This document shows positions 27,492 through 32,000 of a stretch of DNA of 32,000 nucleotides, in pieces. Made by a program: the position numbers and the translations under genes. The stretch comes from Candidatus Brocadia sp. (GTDB lineage Bacteria > Planctomycetota > Brocadiia > Brocadiales > Brocadiaceae). Every line of letters begins with the position of its first letter. Position 1 is the first letter of the stretch. The DNA is taken from the NCBI GenBank assembly GCA_021650915.1, contig CP091279.1:3540001-3572000 (forward strand), in the 5' to 3' direction. The notes below the pieces were generated by a model. That model was not told the origin of the DNA and ran no database searches. It saw only the letters and a program-made list of their open reading frames with translations.

Positions 27492-30400
27492 ATGCAATAC
27501 AGAGATATATTGGGCGTTCTGGCGATGATGCTGGTAATCGGGGCGCTGGATACCGTGCGTGCAGGAGAAACAGACAAGGGGGCCATTCTTGCTAACAAAT
27601 TTGATGAAAAATGTTTTGATACGATTCGGGATTCGATGCCGCCTCAGGACAAACCGGACGAGTCGGCAAGGTTGAAGGCAGCGGAATCCTATGGCAAGCT
27701 GCCATTGTCATTCATCCGGAATGACGGCCAGGTGGATGACCGGGTAAGATATTACGAAAAGGGGGCTGGTCACGCCACGTATTTTACCAAAAGGGGGGTG
27801 TGTCTGTCGCTGGTTGGCGGTGGGACAAGCGCCCCGCCTGTCAGTGAGCAAGTGGACAGCAGTCAGGCAAATGCAGCAGGCCGATTGGACCAAGACGTTT
27901 CCGTTCAGTCTGCAAGCCTGAACCAGCAGGGCAGAGATGAGGATACGATCAGGGGGGCGAAAGGCAAAAAATCCGAAATCCGCAATCCGCAATCCGAAAT
28001 CGTACATCTCATGCCACTGGGCATGGAGAAGGACGTGGAGATTGTTGCCGGAGATGAACAGCCGGGAACGGTGAATTACTTTATTGGCAACGACCCAAAA
28101 AAGTGGAAGACGAACGTCCCTGCGTACGAATCTGTAGTCTATAAAGGGGTGTACGATGGCATAGATATGAAATTCTACGGCAACAACCGTCAGATGGAGT
28201 ATGATATCATCGTACAGCCCGGGGCAAGCCCGTCACGGGTGCAGCTTTCTTATGAGGGGATAGAGGGATTAACGGTGGCGGAAAACGGCGACCTTGAGAT
28301 AAAACTGAAGGAAGGCAAGATCATCCAGAAAAAGCCGTACGTGTATCAGGAGATAGACGGAAAGAGGATTGAGATAAACGGGAAGTTTCGAGTACAAACC
28401 CAAAATCCGAAATCCGAAATCCAACATCCGAAATTCATTTACGGTTTCACGGTCGCCTCCTACGACAAACGCTACCCCCTTGTCATCGACCCCGTGCTCG
28501 TCTATTCCACCTACCTGGGGGGGAGCGCTGATGAGGATAGCGAAGGCATAGCAGTAGACGCTGCGGGAAATGTCTATGTAACTGGCGAAACAGATTCTTT
28601 CAACTTTCCCACGGCCTCACCCTATGATGGAAGTTTTAACGGCGATGGAGATGCCTTTGTAACCAAGTTGAATGCATCGGGCAGCGGCCTCGTCTATTCC
28701 ACCTACCTGGGGGGGAGTGGTGAGGATTTGAGCGCGGGCATTGCAGTGGATGCTGCAGGAAATGCCTATGTGACTGGGGACACAAAGTCTTTCGACTTTC
28801 CCATGTCCTCACCCTATGATGGAAGTCCTAACGGTTATGGAGATGCCTTTGTAACCAAGCTGGATGCATCGGGCAGCAGCCTCGTCTATTCCACCTACCT
28901 GGGGGGAAGTGGTGAGGATGGGGGCGATGGCATAGCAGTGGACGCTGCGGGAAGTGCCTATGTGACTGGTGGCACATCGTCTTTCGACTTTCCCACGTCC
29001 TCACCCTATGATGGAAGTTTTAACGGCGATGGAGATGCCTTTGTAACCAAGTTGAATGCATCGGGCAGCGGCCTCGTTTATTCCACCTACCTGGGGGGAA
29101 GTGGTGATGAGTATGGCGATAGCATTGCAGTGGACGCTACGGGAAATGCCTATGTGACTGGGGACACAGAATCTCTCAACTTTCCCACGGCCTCACCCTA
29201 TGATGGAAGTTTTAACGGCGATGGAGATGTCTTTGTAACCAAGCTGAATGCATCGGGCAACGGTCTCGTCTATTCCACCTATCTGGGGGGAAGTGGTGAT
29301 GATGGGGTTGCGGGCATAGCAGTGGACGCTGCGGGAAATGCCTATGTGACTGGAGACACAGAATCTCTCAACTTTCCCATGGCAGCACCTTATGACGGAA
29401 GCCTTAGTGGTTATGCGGATGCCTTTGTAACCAAGCTGAATGCATCGGGCAGCGGCCTCGTCTACTCCACTTATCTGGGGGGGAGTGATGGTGAGGGTGG
29501 CGATGGCATAGCAGTGGACGCTGAGGGAAGTATCTATGTGACTGGTGCCACAGGGTCTTTCGACTTTCCCACGGCCTCACCCTATGATGGAAGTTTTAAC
29601 GGCGATGCAGATGTCTTTGTAACCAAGCTGAATGCATCGGGCAGCAGCCTCGTCTATTCCACCTACCTGGGAGGAAGTGGCGATGAGAGTGCCTATAGCT
29701 TAGCGCTGGACGCTGCAGGAAACGTCTATGTGTGCGGAGAGACAGATTCTTTCGACTTTTCCACAGCCTCACCCTATGATGGAAGCTATAATGGTGAATT
29801 CGATGCCTTTGTGTGCAAATTCGGATCTACGATACCCACACCCACACCAACGCCGACACCGACACCGGAGCCGACACCGAGTCCAACTCCGTCTCCGACA
29901 CCGATAAAGGCTTGTTATGCCTTCGAAGAAGGCAGTGGCACGATTGCCGGTGATTCGTCAGGCAATGGCAATGATGGGACGGTCAGTGGCGCGACATGGA
30001 CAACCGGAAAAGACGGGGGTGGTTTAAGTTTTAATGGTGTGAATAATTATGTGTCAATCCCTCTCTTCAACAATAGCGAGGTGACTGTTAGCGCATGGTT
30101 CCATAAAAACGCCCATGATACGACGCGGAATGACGCTATATTCAGCGGGTTCAGAAGTGGCGCGAATCGGCAAAATCGTGAAGGGTTTGAATTGCGGTTT
30201 CCCGCAAGCGCCCCAGATACCCTTGAATTTATGCTTGTTACCCAGGATGGGGGTGGCGCCAGGACGAATCGGATTATCCGGCGAACCCTTCTGAATTCCG
30301 TTGGCAATTGGTATCATGCCGTTGGCACCTATAATCAGACTACAGGCCAACAGAAGTTGTATGTAAACGGGGAATTGGTTCGTACGTTCACGCATCCGGC

Positions 30401-31217
30401 AGGAAACACGGTCGTGCCTTTATCGTTTTATCCCGACATGCGAATAGGACATTCGAGGATTAATCACGGTTATTTCAATGGTGTCATCGATGACGTCCGC
30501 CTTTACAATTATGCCCTGAACGACCAGGAAATCAAAAGCTTGTACAACGCCTTTACTGATGACCTGCAGGCCCGGTATGCCCTTGATGAAGGGGCGGGGA
30601 CGATTGCCGGTGATTCGTCAGGCAACGGCAATCATGGTGAAGTCAGCGGAGGAGCGGCATGGACAACGGGGCAGACCGGGAATGGACTGGGTTTTGACGG
30701 TGTGGATGACTCTGTGACGATTCCCCGAATCAACAACGATGAGGTCTCCGTCTGTGCGTGGTTCTATAAAAATGCCAATGATACGGCACAGAATGACGCC
30801 ATCTTTGGCGGATTCAGGAACAGTTCAGACGTGCAGCGCAGGGAAGGATTTGCGCTGAGATTTCCCCCAGGCAATCCTGACACCCTCCAGTTTCTTCTCG
30901 TAACGCAGGATGGAAGCGGCACAAGGATCATGAGAACAGCCCAAAGGAATTTAATCAATTCAGTTGGAAGCTGGCACCATGTCACGGGCACCTATAATAA
31001 GACAACGGGTGAGCAGAAGTTGTATGTAGATGGCGCACTGGTGAATACCCAAATGCATTCTGCAGGGAATACGATCGTGCCATTGAATACGTATGATGTT
31101 ATGGGAATAGGGCATTTGCGGGTAAATGGAGGGCATTTTAACGGCGTCCTTGACGATATTCGTCTTTACCGGAGGGCATTGACTGATCAGGAGGCGCTGG
31201 ACATTTACAATAACTGA
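27492..31217 (+). CDS. Large secreted protein: N-terminal domain, 7 SBBP beta-propeller repeats, Pro/Thr linker and two LamG (concanavalin-like lectin) domains
   Basis: SD aaggaggg and a signal peptide (MQYRDILGVLAMMLVIGALDTVRAGE). YGKLPLSFIRNDGQVDDRV is typical of SBBP-protein N-termini. Seven 64-aa repeats read LVYSTYLGGSG.D...GIAVDAAGNAYVTG.T.S.DFP..SPYDGSFNG..DAFVTKLNASGS. These are followed by PTPTPTPTPTPEPTPSPTPSPTP and two roughly 210-aa repeats with GDSSGNGN.G...W.TG..G.GL.F.GV...V.IP and VRLYN.AL. Confidence 0.9.
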   Translation: MQYRDILGVLAMMLVIGALDTVRAGETDKGAILANKFDEKCFDTIRDSMPPQDKPDESARLKAAESYGKLPLSFIRNDGQVDDRVRYYEKGAGHATYFTKRGVCLSLVGGGTSAPPVSEQVDSSQANAAGRLDQDVSVQSASLNQQGRDEDTIRGAKGKKSEIRNPQSEIVHLMPLGMEKDVEIVAGDEQPGTVNYFIGNDPKKWKTNVPAYESVVYKGVYDGIDMKFYGNNRQMEYDIIVQPGASPSRVQLSYEGIEGLTVAENGDLEIKLKEGKIIQKKPYVYQEIDGKRIEINGKFRVQTQNPKSEIQHPKFIYGFTVASYDKRYPLVIDPVLVYSTYLGGSADEDSEGIAVDAAGNVYVTGETDSFNFPTASPYDGSFNGDGDAFVTKLNASGSGLVYSTYLGGSGEDLSAGIAVDAAGNAYVTGDTKSFDFPMSSPYDGSPNGYGDAFVTKLDASGSSLVYSTYLGGSGEDGGDGIAVDAAGSAYVTGGTSSFDFPTSSPYDGSFNGDGDAFVTKLNASGSGLVYSTYLGGSGDEYGDSIAVDATGNAYVTGDTESLNFPTASPYDGSFNGDGDVFVTKLNASGNGLVYSTYLGGSGDDGVAGIAVDAAGNAYVTGDTESLNFPMAAPYDGSLSGYADAFVTKLNASGSGLVYSTYLGGSDGEGGDGIAVDAEGSIYVTGATGSFDFPTASPYDGSFNGDADVFVTKLNASGSSLVYSTYLGGSGDESAYSLALDAAGNVYVCGETDSFDFSTASPYDGSYNGEFDAFVCKFGSTIPTPTPTPTPTPEPTPSPTPSPTPIKACYAFEEGSGTIAGDSSGNGNDGTVSGATWTTGKDGGGLSFNGVNNYVSIPLFNNSEVTVSAWFHKNAHDTTRNDAIFSGFRSGANRQNREGFELRFPASAPDTLEFMLVTQDGGGARTNRIIRRTLLNSVGNWYHAVGTYNQTTGQQKLYVNGELVRTFTHPAGNTVVPLSFYPDMRIGHSRINHGYFNGVIDDVRLYNYALNDQEIKSLYNAFTDDLQARYALDEGAGTIAGDSSGNGNHGEVSGGAAWTTGQTGNGLGFDGVDDSVTIPRINNDEVSVCAWFYKNANDTAQNDAIFGGFRNSSDVQRREGFALRFPPGNPDTLQFLLVTQDGSGTRIMRTAQRNLINSVGSWHHVTGTYNKTTGEQKLYVDGALVNTQMHSAGNTIVPLNTYDVMGIGHLRVNGGHFNGVLDDIRLYRRALTDQEALDIYNN
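27970..28002 (+). repeat. Imperfect heptanucleotide microsatellite (AATCCGA/AATCCGC, 4.7 units) inside the CDS
   Basis: aatccga aatccgc aatccgc aatccga aatcg, encoding KSEIRNPQSEIV. Confidence 0.8.
28404..28436 (+). repeat. Second imperfect heptanucleotide tract of the same unit inside the CDS
   Basis: aatccga aatccga aatccaa catccga aattc, encoding NPKSEIQHPKF. Confidence 0.75.
28497..29828 (+). repeat. 7 x 192-bp in-frame tandem repeats (the SBBP blades)
   Basis: The repeat-initial ctcgt(c/t)ta(t/c)tcc recurs at 28497, 28689, 28881, 29073, 29265, 29457 and 29649, an exact 192-bp period. Some repeat pairs share runs of about 60 identical nt. Confidence 0.9.
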
Positions 31218-31229
31218 GACCTGACGATT

Positions 31230-31259
31230 CGGAGAGCGAAGCACCCCCTTCGCTCTCCG
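31230..31259 (+). terminator. Strong GC-rich hairpin after the large CDS, a possible terminator without a clear U-tract
   Basis: 12-bp perfect stem cggagagcgaag/cttcgctctccg with a 6-nt loop, starting 13 nt after the stop codon. Confidence 0.4.
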
Positions 31260-31644
31260 GTCGAATTTGCAAGAGAAATGGCGGATGCGCTCCGCCTTAT
31301 CCAGCTTACTGTTGAAAGTTCCGGAGGCAACAGAAACGAAAGGTGGATACGGCGATACAAGACAATCGCCTTAATCCACCCTACCCATGCTGCCCATGCA
31401 TGGTGATATCCGTATTACCGTGGGACAGGGCATGGGGGAGAGCGTTACCGTTCCTTTTGATTTGTGATTCACCCTTTGTGTAGTTCCTAATAAAAAGCAT
31501 TGTAACACTTTAGCTTTTTGAAAAATTCTCTCTATGAACAATATTGTCTTGATAGGGGCAGGTTTCAAACCTGCCCCTACACGGTATGGTAAATATAGCC
31601 TTTATTGGGATTTTTCAAAAAACTAACGTGTTACCGATACTGTA

Positions 31645-32000
31645 ATCCCGAAGGAATGACATGATTATAGCATAGTGTTATAGTATTACTGTATAAAAAC
31701 TTCTTTTTTTGTAAGTTTTTTCATAAGCCCCTTTCAGGAAGTACCGTTTTTTATGAGTGAAAGATTGCTTCGCTTCACTCGCAATGACAACGTGCAGTGT
31801 GCCATCAAAGTGCATGGTCACTGTCATTGCGAGGGCCTTTTCCGAAGCAATCTCCCCACTTTCATAAGGGAAATTTGGTTGCAGCTGTGCTGCGCTATGC
31901 AATTATGGTTAACCCCGCGGGGGGTGGCACAGTATCGCTATTTTCCCGGTATTTCACCCCTTACGGGGTTAAATATGGCGGTGCGTTTTTTCTATAATCA
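31645..32000 (+). mobile_element. MITE-like composite element, copy C (order TIR-Y-X(inverted)-TIR, cut by the window end)
   Basis: It carries the same terminus atcccgaaggaatgacatgattatag (31645-31670), module Y (31671-31900), module X in reverse orientation (31901-31991) and the start of the second terminus, tataatca, at 31993-32000. Confidence 0.65.

Noticed and set aside
22270-32000. Whether the recurring hairpin repeats constitute a CRISPR array.
   Set aside because: The copies are about 230 bp long, kilobases apart and in mixed orientation. There are no short, regularly spaced direct repeats and no cas genes.

Overview
This is a 32-kb bacterial chromosomal window: a mostly co-directional (+ strand) housekeeping block flanked by two accessory, repeat-rich zones. 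Left zone (1-3.2 kb): a DUF4338-like protein, a VapB-like antitoxin, a VapC PIN toxin interrupted by one in-frame TAA, a tRNA-like 3' fragment and an intact IS630-family transposase. Core (3.7-22.2 kb): a sigma-70-family factor followed by an untracked 59-aa Cys/His-rich exported peptide, then a UbiA-family prenyltransferase, an orphan CheY-type receiver, groES-groEL, purB, thiE, hisI, an OmpA/MotB-like lipoprotein, system II cytochrome c biogenesis resB-ccsA, acylphosphatase, DUF167, ileS, DUF2851, DUF374 and DUF1326. Right zone (22.3-32 kb): long-hairpin repeats and MITE-like elements, two sequence-identical 1853-bp IS copies in inverted orientation 244 bp apart, and a 1241-aa secreted protein with a 7-blade SBBP beta-propeller and two LamG domains. 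Most interesting call: a sigma70-like promoter followed by a candidate c-di-GMP-I (GEMM-I) riboswitch upstream of the giant surface protein. Its 5' half matches the GEMM-I core as I remember it, and its candidate 3' strand is also the 5' arm of an intrinsic terminator. A 363-bp MITE-like element sits in the leader between this unit and the start codon. Gene content and repeat types resemble Planctomycetota (anammox-type) genomes, but that taxonomy is an unverified inference. I saw no rRNA, no intact tRNA and no CRISPR array. All homology statements come from reading the translations and from memory of the families; no searches were run.
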